Shown in pieces: positions 51,105 through 62,881 of a DNA stretch of 64,000 bases. The stretch comes from Octopus sinensis (lineage: Eukaryota). Position 1 is the stretch's first letter. Each line of letters begins with the position of its first letter. Location of the stretch: assembly GCF_006345805.1 (NCBI RefSeq), contig NC_043007.1:22134001-22198000 (forward strand). Reading direction: 5' to 3'. The notes under the pieces are model-generated. The model was not told the DNA's origin. It made no database searches and saw only the letters and a list, made by a program, of their open reading frames with translations. The position numbers and the translations under genes are program-made.

Positions 51105-51670
51105 TTGGGTTGTCCGGAAAGTTTGTGCCGATTTTTAAAGGAAAGAAAAAGGTCAATAAATACTTGCCATTACATTTTTAATCAGCTAAATATGAACCAT
51201 TTTGTTGCACAATGTGTCTCCATCTTTCCTTTAACTTGAAAATACCCTCTTCCCAGAATTGAGGTGATTTCATGGCAAAGAATTCATCAAGGTATCTTTT
51301 TACGTCATGCAAGGAATTGAAATTTTTAACATTAAGACTATTCTGTAGAGACCTGAATAAGTGGAAATCCAAAGGAGCAATATCTGGTGAATATGGAGGG
51401 TGGGGTAACACATCCCAGCCAAGCTGTAGCAATTTTTGTTTGGTTCCGAAAGCATCAAGTGCCGAAAACGAACTTTCTTATCTTCCATTTTAAAGGGTTA
51501 CAGAATTAACACAGGTTATAGGAACGTAAACCTTCTTCCACAAAAAGATAGCTCAAACTGTGCTCTAAGTGGAGGTGTAGTCAAATCCTGATTTATGGAC
51601 TCAACCATGTGCTAAAATAAGTCGAAAGGTAAGCTACTATAAATCGGCACAAACTTTCCGGGCAACCCAA
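51105..51670 (-). mobile_element. 566-bp internally deleted mariner
   Basis: Both TIRs and TA TSDs present. The transposase N-terminus MEDKKVRFRHLML is fused out of frame to the HPPYSPDIAP region. Confidence 0.9.
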
Positions 51671-54040
51671 TACCTCCCCATGGTCAGAAATGTTTGTCAT
51701 GGAAGACTGGAAATGATTGATGTTTACAACCAGTGTGTTGTGTCAAGAAAGCTTGTGATCAGAGATGCATATATCGTCAGCCACTAAGGGACATGCTCAA
51801 CTTAAGGTCAAACATCTGACAAGCAAACTTGTGCTATTGAGCAGAATATTTGCTGTAGCCCATATCATTAAACTGGAATTAAATTGTTTTGGTGTATTTC
51901 GATACATACCGAATGAATGATATCGTTATATTAGATCATTTTAAATTTGGGTATAGTTGAAAAAGTAAGGAAACATCATTCCCATGTGGTCTCACAGCAC
52001 TAGACTTTTGTGTGTCAGTGTGTCCATCCATCCATCCAAGTTCTACCAATTATTAATAATAAATATATGTAACAGATTGACTCTTTTGTGAGAGATAAAA
52101 TAAAGCAATATTTTCTAAGCAAGTGAGCACTGTTATACAAAGAGATAATTAAACGTAAAATATCATCATCATCGTTTAACGTCCGCTTTCCATGCTAGCA
52201 TGGGTTGGACATATGACTGAGGGCTGGCGAACCAGATGGCTGCACCAGGCTCCAATCTTGACCCGGCAGAGTTTCTACAGCTGGATGCCCTTCCTAACGC
52301 CAACCACTGTGAGAGTGTAGTACGTGCCACCAGCATGGAGTCAGTCAGGTGGCAATGACCTTGCTCGAATCTTTTACACATGCCACCGGCACAGGTGCCA
52401 GTAAGGCAATGCTGGTAATGATCACGCTTGAATGATGTTTTTTACGTGCCACCAGCACGGAGGCCAGATAGCCACTCTGGCAACGATCACGCTCGGATGG
52501 TGCTCTTAATACCCTACTAGCATGGGGCTCGAGTGGCAGTATGGTGACGCTGGTAACAATCACGCTCGAATGGTACCTTTCAAGTGCCACTGGCACGGAA
52601 GCCAGTTAGCCGCTCTGTCAATGATCACACTCGTATGGTGCTCTTTGCACCCCGCTAGCACGGATGCCAGTCATCGAATTTGATTATGGGAATCAAACAT
52701 GGAAATATTATCAAGTAGCTAGCAGAAAATCACTCGGAGGGCAGTCTTTCTGCTAGTGCAATTAATTATGGGACATAAAAAAATGAACATCTTGGCAGCA
52801 TAATTAACTAGAGTAGGTACCTGGCAATCAACAAGCTTTCTCCATACCAAAAGAGTCAACAACAATTTCATTCGGTCGGCCACAGGGCCAAAATTTGAAA
52901 ACACTCACGAAATTACAAACATTTTATAAAAATTAGAACAATATGCACAGGAGTGACTGTGTGGTAAGTAGCTTGCTTACCAACCACATGGTTTTGGGTT
53001 CAGTCTCACTGTTTGGCACCTTAGGCAACTGTCCTCTACTATAGCCTCGGGCCAACCAAAGCCTTTGGAGTGGATTTGGTAGATGGAAACTGAATGAAGC
53101 TCATCATATATAGATATATATATATAGGCACAGGAGTAGCTGTGTGGTTAGTAGCTTGCTAACCAACCACAAGGTTCTGGGTTCAGTCCCACTGCGTGGC
53201 ATCTTGGGCAAGTGTCTTTTGCTATAGCCTCGGGCTGACCAATGCCTTGTGAGTGGTTTTGGTAGACAGAAACTGAAAGAAGCCTGTCGTATATATGTAT
53301 ATATATGTATGTGTGTGCGTTTGTGTGTCTGTGTTTGTCCCCCTAGCATTGCTTGACAAACGATGCTGCTGTGTTTACGTCCCCGTCACTTAGCGGTTTG
53401 GCAAAAAAGACCGATAGAATAAGTACTGGGCTTAGAAAGAATAAGTCCTTGGGTCGATTTGCTCGACTAAAGGCGGTGCTCCAGCATGGCCGCAGTCAAA
53501 TGACTGAAACAAGTAAAAGAGAGTAAAGAGTATGTGTATATGTTTGTGTGTCTGTGATTGTCTCCCTTGACAACCGATGTTGGTGTGTTTATGTCCCCAT
53601 AACTTAGCAGTTCGGCAGAAGAGACTGATAGAATAAGTACTAGGTTTACAAAGAATAAGTCCTGGGGTCAATTTGTTCGATTAAAAGCATTGCTCCCAGC
53701 ATGGCCGCAGTCAAATAACAAACAAACAAAAGAACATGCTGACGAAGTAGGCATCTTTATTACAAAAAGAAGGATTTATACGAAATGATTTACTAAAAAA
53801 ACTTTATCAAAGTGAGAATAAAAATCTACGATAACAAGTTTTTAACTTTATTGTTACCATGTCATGTTCACTTAATTCAGTTTTAAAGGAAGAAATTTCA
53901 TAACATCAGTCTTTATGGAATAAGTCATATTATATTTTACCCTTCCACATAAATGGCAGAGAATTGAAACTAAAGAATTTTAGTTTGAAACTAAACTAAG
54001 CTACACTAAAACATTTTAAGACCAGATCCTTGGCCCCATC

Positions 54041-54391
54041 CTAAGAGAACTTCTCAATTAGGGATTTTATATCTTTTTGGATTTCTATTGTTTGGAAGGA
54101 TTTACTGTATCGAAGAAATGGTTTACCGTCAGGTGCTACAAGAAACTTCTCAAAATTCCAAGAGATGTCATTTCGTTTCACCGGAGCCCAGTTAATACTG
54201 GAAGGGCTTTTCATAAAACTGGTAGAATCGTCACTTGGGTAAGGTAGTTGGCTTTTCAAGAACTGGAACACAGCATGAGTGTTTTCTCCGTTGACTTCAA
54301 CTTTCTCCATGATTGTAAAATCGGGCTTGAAACCATTTCCTGGACGGACATTTTGAAGGGACAGCAATATTTCTTCGCCATTTCCATTTTC
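54041..54391 (-). CDS. GPX1: Glutathione peroxidase (GPX1/2-like), last coding exon
   Basis: CATAG acceptor. ENGNGEEILLSLQNVRPGNGFKPDF...DISWNFEKFLVAPDG...FS-stop. Confidence 0.92.
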   Translation of the reverse strand, partial: ENGNGEEILLSLQNVRPGNGFKPDFTIMEKVEVNGENTHAVFQFLKSQLPYPSDDSTSFMKSPSSINWAPVKRNDISWNFEKFLVAPDGKPFLRYSKSFQTIEIQKDIKSLIEKFS

Positions 54392-55324
54392 CTATGAGAA
54401 ACAAGGAGAATATAAAAAAAAAAACATACAAAGTCGTATTCTTTTATTCTTTTGCTTGCTTCATTCATTCAATTCTGGCCATGCTGGAGCACTGCCTTGA
54501 AGAGTTTTACTCAAACAAATTGGCCCCAGGACTCCTTCTTTCGGTCTCTTTTGCTGAACCAACACTGGTTGCTAGGCAGTCATGGGGAAAACAACTACAC
54601 ACACGTTTCTGTCTACCAAATCCACTCACAAGGCTTTGGTTGGCCTGAGGCTATAGTAGAAGACACTTGCCCAAGGTGCCATGTGGTGGGATTGAACCCA
54701 GAGCCATGTGGTCGGGAATCAAACTTCTTACTACACAACCTATTTCTTTACTACCCACAAGGGGCTAAACATAGAGGGGACAAACAAGGACAGACAAACG
54801 GATTAAGTCGATGACATCGACCCCAGTGCGTAACTGGTACTTTATCGACCCCGAAAGGATGAAAAAAGCGCCAACCGATAATGGCCTTTTGCCAGCCTCG
54901 CCTGGCATCTGTGCCGGTAGCACGTAAAAAGCACCCACTGCACTCATGGAGTGGTTGGCATTAGGAAGGGCATCCAGCTGTAGAAACACTGCCAGATCAG
55001 ACTGGTGCAGCCTTCTGGCTTCCAAGACCCTGGTTGAACTGTCCAACCATGCTAGCGCGGAAAACGGACGTTAAGCGATGATGATGATGAATCCTACAAT
55101 CACAAATCCAGCACCCTAACCACTAAGCCATGCACCTCTTACATCTATACACACACATACATATACTCACACATATGTGAGTTCAAGTACACATACGTAT
55201 ATAGCTGTCATTTCCTTACTCAATAAAAATTATCTGTTGGTATTGAACCTTTGAAAACATGTAGAACAAGACATCTTTTGGAAATCAAATAAGGGTTAGC
55301 AACAGCAAGGGTTTCTTTACAAAC

Positions 55325-55546
55325 CTGAAATCCGAATTGATTACATGGAAATCCCAGAACAACAAGCTTATCAGCAAATTGAGAGACCAGCTTGTTCATC
55401 TGCATGTAATCCCGTGTCGTCGTGCCTCATAGTGAGGCTACATTTTCAACCAGGATAACTTTACCCATGAAGCGACTGAAGTCAATATGTTCTCCTTTCA
55501 GAGTTTTGGCTGAAAGCTCAAAAAAGCTTTTAGTAATTGTGGTCAT
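55325..55546 (-). CDS. GPX1: Glutathione peroxidase (GPX1/2-like), first coding exon with Sec codon
   Basis: MTTITKSFFELSAKTLKGEHIDFSRFMGKVILVENVASL-U-GTTTRDY...LGFPCNQFGFQ. In-frame TGA at 55429-55427. Acceptor at 55556-55558 implies an upstream 5'UTR exon. Total 190 aa. GPX1 versus GPX2 not resolved. Confidence 0.92.
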
Positions 55547-56376
55547 TGTTCTATTCTGAAAAAAAAAAAAAAAAAAAAAAAGGTATTTGTAAGATAATAA
55601 TTAAGGTTTTGGGGCTAGTTTTTTTTGCCCACAAGGGGCTAAACAAGGACAGACAAACGGATTAAGTCGATGACATCAACCCCAGTGCGTAACTGGTACT
55701 TGTAATATTTGTATCTCCGAACTATACTCAAGGATTTATGGTAATTGTTTGGTCAATCAATCAACTTAATAAGTTTGTAAAAGTCATTTCATCACCTAAA
55801 GCAGACCTGGAATAAAGAGGGCCTGTCATTGATGAGATTGTGAGTGATAAAAGATTTTGATCAATCTGGCTGATTGATTGACTGACTGAACAATTAATCA
55901 AACAACTGATTAATTAATTAGTTAATTAACTAATGATAAAATAAAGAAGTGAAATAGAACGAGTGTGTATTTGTGTTAATCCTTTTTAATATAGGCACAA
56001 AACCTGAAATTGTTGGGGAGAACACAAGTCGATTATATCAACCCCAGTGTTTTACTGGTACTTATTTTATCGACCTCAAATGGACGAAAGACAAAGTTGA
56101 CCCTAGTGGAATTTGAACTCAGAACGTAAAGACAGACAAAATACTTATTTCTTTACTACCCACAAGGGGCTAAACACAGAGAGGACAAACAAGGACAGAC
56201 AAAGGGATTAAGTGGATTACATCGACCCGAGTGTGTAACTGGTACTTGTTTAATCGACCCCGAAAGGATGAAAGGCAAAGTCGACCTTGGCGGAATTTGA
56301 ACTCAGAACGTAAAGACAGACGAAATACTGCTAAGCATTTCGTCCAGTGTGCTAACGACTCTGCCAGCTCACCTCC

Positions 56377-56437
<61 letters not shown>
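56377..56437. repeat. (GT)n microsatellite
   Basis: Direct reading. Confidence 0.95.
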
Positions 56438-56440
<3 letters not shown>

Positions 56441-57456
56441 TAATGACATGATGAACCTCCTGAGATACAATAAAATGTTTTGATGCCCAAGTTCACATCA
56501 AGAATCTTACAGACCATATGCAAAAATTGATGTATTCATTATACTCCTTACAGGTTCAAAAAGAATTGCAAAAGAGAAACCTGTTAATTCCTTGAAGAAC
56601 AATTGGAAAACTATCAGGAAGATCTAGTTAAAGGTAAAAGAAAAATAACAGAAATCAAAAATTGCAGAACGTGAATAATTGTACAAGACCCTCTTAACGG
56701 TTTTGTTACCAAATTTCTGCTGAAGTACACTGGTTTTATTTCAATTAATTTTGAATATACTGCAGAATTTATTAAAATAATTTTGTCATTATTAAGCTGA
56801 TGTGCCAGTGGTACATAAAAAGCACCCACTACACTCACGGAGTGGTTGGCGTTAGGAAGGGCATCCAGCTGTAGAAATACTGCCAGATCAGACTGGATTT
56901 GATTGAGGACTGGTGAACCAGATGGCTGTGCCAGGCTCCAATCTGATCTGGTAGAGTTTCTACAGCTGGATGCCCAATGCAAATTATAAAAAAACAACAT
57001 GAATTGATGGTGATATACAGAACACACCTGTGCCAGCGACACAAAAGGCACCTAGTACACCTTGTGGAGTGGTTGGCTTTAGGACTGACATCCAGCCATA
57101 GAAACCATGCTAAATCAGACTGGAACCTGGTCCAGTTAGAAAAATTAGCAGGAGTGACTGTGTGGTAAGTAGCTTACTTACCAACCACATGGATCCGGGT
57201 TCAGTCCCACTGCGTGGCACTTTGGGCAAGTGTCTTCTACTATAGCCTCGGGCTGACCAAAGCCTTGTGAGTGGATTTAGTAGATGGAAACTGAAGGAAG
57301 CCAGTCGTGTGGTAAGTAGCTTGTTTACCAACCACATGGTTCCGGGTTCAGTCCCACTGCGTGGCATCTTGGGCAACTGTCTTCTACTATAGCCTCGGGC
57401 TGACCAAAGCCTTGTGAGTGGATTTGGTAGATGGAAACTGAAAGAAGCCCGTCGTA

Positions 57457-59571
57457 AAACAGCTGGTTATGTGGGCTATGGCCTAGTCACCCGTATTGTT
57501 AACCAGGTAGTTCACAATGTAGTCATACCCAATGACTGGCGTAGCAGCACCATAGTCAACTGCTACAAGGGTAAGGGCGATGCTCTAGATAGAAATAACT
57601 ACAGGGGTATTAAACTGTTGGATCAGGTGATGAAGACCACAGAGAGGGTCATAACCCATCTCATTAGGGAGAGAATTTGCTTAGATGAGATGCAGTTCGG
57701 TTTTGTGCCAGGTAGAAGCACCACTGATGCTATATTCCTGGTCTGACAACTGCAGGAGAAGTACCTAGCTAACGATAAACCCCTCTACATAGCTTTTGTG
57801 GACTTGGAGAAAGCCTTTGACAGGGTTCCCCGATCCCTTATCTGGTGGTCGATGCGGAAACTGTTGATTGATGAATGGCTAATAAGTGCTGTACAGGCTC
57901 TATACAGAGAGGCTGTCAGCAAGGTTAGGATTGGCAACGAATATAGTGAAGAATTCCGGGTAGAAGTAGGTGTACATCAGGGCTCAGCCCTCAGTCCCCT
58001 TTTATTCATCATAGTCCTCCAGGCAATAACAGAGGAATTCAAAACAGGTTGCCCCTGGGAGCTCCTCTATGCTGATGACCTGGCCCTCATAGCAGAATCA
58101 CTACCGGAACTAAAAAAGAAATTTCGGATGTGGAAACAAGGGTTAGAATCTAAGGGCCTTAGAGTAAATGTAGCGAAGACCAAAGTTATAGTATACAGAA
58201 AGGCGAACTCAGTACACCCCCCATCAGGCAGGTGGCCCTGCTCAAGCTGTAGGAAAGGTGTAGGTAGAAACTCCATAAGATGCACCCAGTGTAAGCTATG
58301 GACGCATAAGAGGTGCAGCAACATCAAAGGGAAATTAACTGATAAGATAGCTTTCATGTGCGGCAGATGCACAGGGACAATAGACACCACAGACACTCAA
58401 AAAACAGATTCCATCACACTCCAGGGGGATAAACTAGAAGTAGTTGATAGTTTCCGCTACCTGGGTGACCAAGTTAGTAGTGGGGGTGGATGCTCAGAGA
58501 GTGTCACCACTAGAATACGAATAGCCTGGGCAAAGTTTAGAAAGCTCCTACCCCTACTGGCAACAAAGGGTCTCTCACTCAGAGTGAAAGGTAGATTGTA
58601 TGATGCATGTGTGCGAACTGCCATGCTTCACGGCAGTGAAACATGGGCCGTGACTGCAGAGGACATGCATAGACTTGAAAGAAATGAAGCTAGCATGATC
58701 CGCTGGATGTGTAATGTCAGTGTGAATGCACGACAGAGTGTAAGCACCCTGAGAGATATGCTAGGCATAAGAAGCATCAGATGCGGTGTGCAAGAGCGAC
58801 GCTTGTGATGGTATGGTCATGTACTGCGGATGGATGAGGAGAGATGTGTGAAGAAGTGCCACTCCCGAACAGTTGAAGGAATCAGGGGGAGAGGTAGACC
58901 CAGGAAGACATGGGATGAGGTAGTCAAGCATGACCTCAGAGCGTTGGGCCTCACTGAGGCAATGGCGAAGGACCGAGACCTCTGGAGATGTGCTGTGACT
59001 ACTAAGACCCGGGATGCTCCCGGCACCAGTTCCGCATACCCCCTGCCCATCCAAAGTACCTTGGATCCCGGAACATCTCGCTGTGCTTGAGGAGACCTGT
59101 CGAGTCAAGTGCATATACATGAACATCGAACCAAATATCAATGGAAACAGTAGTTGTGATACCTGTGCCGGTGACACATAGAAAGCACCATCTGATCGTG
59201 GCCGTCGCCAGTGCAGCCTCCACTGGCTTCTGTGCCAGTGACACATAAAAAGCTCCATCCGAACGTGACCGATGCCAACCCCGCCTCGAATGGCTCCTGT
59301 GCCGGTGGCACATGAACACCGAACCAAATATCAATGGAAACAGTAGTTGTGATACCTGTGCCGGTGACACATAAAAAGCACCATCCGAACGTGGCCGTCG
59401 CCAGTGCAGCCTCCACTGGCTTCTGTGCCGGTGGCACATAAAAAGCACCATCCGAACGTGACCGATGCCAACCCCGCCTCGAATGGGTTCTGTGCCGGTG
59501 GCACATAAAAAGCAACATCCGAACGTGGCCGATGCCAGCACTGCCCCGACTGGCTTCTGTGCTGGTAGCAC

Positions 59572-59603
<32 letters not shown>

Positions 59604-59834
59604 CCAACTGATCGTGGCCGATGCCAGACCCCTCTGGCACCTGTGCAGGTGGCACGTAAAAAGCACCCACTACACTCGCGGAGTGGTTGGCGTTAGGAAG
59701 GAAGGGCATCCAGCTGTAGAAACACAGCCAGACCAGACTGGAGCCTGGGGCAGCCCCTGGCTCCCCAGACCCCAGTCGAACCGTCCAACCCGTGCTAGCG
59801 CGGAAAGCGGACATTAAACGATGATGATGATGAT
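57457..59834 (+). mobile_element. 5'-truncated RTE-clade LINE (RT, PHD-like finger, long 3'UTR, (GAT)n tail) inserted into a family A SINE
   Basis: NYRGIKLL, QFGFVPGRSTTDAIF, DLEKAFDRVPR, GVHQGSALSPLLF and LLYADDL lie in one frame broken only by TGA at 57744 and 58806. SINE halves flank it at 57310-57456 and 59835-60020. Confidence 0.93.
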
Positions 59835-60174
59835 ATATATGTGCGTGTGTATGTTTGTCCCCCTAGCATTGCTTGACAACCGATGCTGGTGTGTTTACGT
59901 CGCCGTCACTTAGCGGTTCGGTAAAAGAGACCGATAGAATAAGTCCCGGGGTCAATTTGTTTGACTAAAGGCGGTGCTCCACCATGGCCGCAGTCAAATG
60001 ACTGAAAAGAGTAAAAGAGTTTGGAACACCTTTACAAAAAATTAAAATATACAACATAGAGATAAACTTACCTAAGAACTGATCCAATGTTCAATTAGAA
60101 GATATTGAACTATCGGATTGGTTATCTCTATGTTGTATATATTTAAATTGAATTGTACTTGGGCATAATAATTT

Positions 60175-60510
60175 TACGGAGATGTACTTGCATAGCAAGT
60201 GACTTGATCTGAGATTGTGTGCTGAAACAAAAACAATTGCAGTGTGGAAGGTGTTTATAAGCCATTTAAAAACACACAAAAACCGTTAGATTCACTTCAA
60301 CATTTAAATTTAATTTGTCAAAGCTTTGAAACAGCGACATGTTCTATGATAAATTTTGTTTGGCCTGAGGTTGTAATAAAAGACACCTGCCCAAGGTGCC
60401 ATGCAGGAATTTTGCCAGTGAACAGGTTGCGGCTTCAAAGCGATGAAAATATTTTGACAAATTAAATTTAAATGTTGAAGAGAATCTAATGGTTTTTATG
60501 TTTTTAAATG
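60175..60510. mobile_element. MITE of the 28118 family with a truncated right TIR
   Basis: TTACGGAGATGTACTTGCATAGC left TIR. The right arm stops at GTTTTTAAATG. Confidence 0.75.
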
Positions 60511-60673
60511 TAGAGGGTTTGTTGGACACAGCGTGAGACGACTGTTGTTATCGATAGGCTTAACTCATCGTAAAGTCAATACCACCATGACTGATATCCA
60601 ATCTACAGTGGAGAAGGCTAGCCACTGGATTTGGTTAAAAAGAGACGATGAGCGATGGCTAGAAGTATATTGA
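60509..60673 (+). mobile_element. 3' end of a restriction-like-endonuclease LINE (HERO/NeSL-like)
   Basis: CRGFVGHSVRRLLLSIGLTHRKVNTTMTDIQSTVEKASHWIWLKRDDERWLEVY-stop. Motif recognised from memory, not in the ORF track. Confidence 0.55.
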
Positions 60674-62355
60674 GTTCTTCATAACCAGCTGATCTAGCAA
60701 GCGGGGCCTCATATTAGTAAGGGGGGCTGGTGCGCATTGATGCTGTCGAGAGGTAGGCCCCGAAACGGCGCGCATTCTCTCCTGATGACCCCATACACTT
60801 GCTAGCTTCCGGTATACGGAGCTTTTAACTGGTAGCACTTGCATGTGCAAGTTGTTTGCAAGACATACAGACTTCCATGCTGCAAAATAATTTTGGCATA
60901 GATAGTAATACAGATGGGAATGTTCATATTTTGGGAATTTCTGAATTACATATTAATAAATAGACAAAGAGAAGAATGTAATGTAAACAAACAATCTTAT
61001 ATCTCACATTTACACCAACACTTAATAAGACTGCACCTCACTAGAATTTCCTGTTCAAGTGTCTTTTACAAATAAACTGAACCCCTCAAATGACGTAAGA
61101 AGCCAACCTAACCCCATTTCAAGACACTCCTTCCTTTGTGAAAAAGTGAGTGTTTTGAAAAAAATTATATAGGTGCAGGCATGATTGTGTGGTTTAGAAG
61201 TTCACTTCCCAACCATGTGGTTTCAGGTTCAGTCCCGCTGTGCAGTAGCTTATGCAAGTGCCTTCACTATAGCCTGTGTGGAACCTTTGGGTAGGTGTCT
61301 TCTATTATAACCTTGGGCCAACCAAAGCCTTGTGAGTGGATTTGGCAGACGGAAACTGAAAGAAGCCTGTTGTATATACTCTCTTTACTCTTTTACTTGT
61401 TTCAGTCATTTGACTGTGGCCATGCTGGAGCACCGCCTTTAGTTGACCCCAGGACTTATTCTTCGTAAGCCCAGTACTTATTCTATCGGTCTCTTTTGCC
61501 GAACCGCTAAGTGACAGGGACGTAAACACACCAGCATTGGTTGTCAAGCGATGTTGGGGGACAAACACAAACATACATGCACACACAAATATACATATGT
61601 ACGATGGGCTTCTTTCAGTTTCCGTCTACCAAATCCACTCACAAGGTTTTGGTCGGCCCGAGGCTATAGTAGAAGACACTTGCCCAAGGTGCCACGCAGT
61701 GGGACTGAACCTGGAACCATGTGGTTGGTTAGCAAGGTACTTACCACACAACCACTCCTGCACCTATATGTTAATAAACAGATAATAAAGATTCATTCTT
61801 ATATTTGGGAAGTGCCGGTGCCACAGAAAAAGCACCACACATTCGGTAGAGAGAGGGAGTATTTAACAAAGATTTTGTTTCCTATTTTAAAGATATATTT
61901 GAAACCTCATTTCTTTTCATGAAATATAAATTAGAGGGTCGGTAATAAACAAGTGAGGGATGAGGACAAATGATTCCAAGTATTATAGAATCAAATGGCT
62001 GCCTGCATGGGGCAGAGTTTTCTGACTGGATGCTGCCCTTCCTGACATGACCTCCTCCCCAACTTGTTTCCAAGCAGGGAAATAATATCCTGGTCTATTT
62101 GAACAACAAACATTCTGGACATTTTGATATCTACTTTATCAATGGAAAGTGAAAGCACATAGCTTAGTGGTTAGGGCATTCAGTTCACGATTGTTAGGTT
62201 GTGAGTTTGATTCTCAGCAGCGCACCATGTCCTTGAGCAACACACTTTATTTCATATTGCTTCAGTCGACTCACTAAACATAAATGAGTAGTACCTGTAT
62301 TTCAAAGGGCCAGCCCTATTACATTCTCTGTCATGCTGAATCTTCCCGAGAACTA

Positions 62356-62881
62356 TCGTAAATCCTCGAGTATAATCCGCACTTTTTTCTCCAAAATTTA
62401 AAGGTCAAAATCCCTAGTGCATACTATATATGAGGTTAAAAATGAAAAATATTTTCTAAGCAATGTCCGAGTCTCTATTTGCTGTCTGGCAATGTTTTTA
62501 TTTAGACGCATTTTGTGATGTCGGGCGTGAAAATACCTTAAGCTAAGCCTGAAAGCAATGAAGTCATAAAAGAATCATCCATAACTTGCAGTAAGCAACA
62601 TTTATTAAAATAAAAGTATTCAGAACACAGAATAACATGAAACAAAAATAATTTGCAAACATATTTACATTCCCATATAACAGTTAAGAACATCACTATT
62701 ATTGTATTACGCATGCGCGGAAGTGTTTGGTCGACTCGGTGCTGCTGGCTTAATTATGCATGACTCAAGTTAGAGAAGGGGTGCATATTATACACAAGGT
62801 TTAGGTTTTCCAGAGGTACACCTCCTCTTAAAATCCCCTGCATATTATACTCAAGGGTGGACTATACTTGAGGATTTATGG
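62356..62881. mobile_element. pogo/Tc2-like MITE
   Basis: TA|TCGTAAATCCTCGAGTATAATCC ... GGACTATACTTGAGGATTTATGG|TA, TIRs of about 25 bp with TA TSD. Confidence 0.75.

Noticed and set aside
60066-60130. Candidate GPx 5'UTR exon donor (AG|GTAAGT on minus at 60072)
   Set aside because: It lies within a small inverted-repeat element. There is no independent support without cDNA.
60745-60795. Hammerhead-like CGAAAC ... CTGATGA motif
   Set aside because: Stem II cannot form (CCCC on both sides) and no NUH triplet closes stem III.
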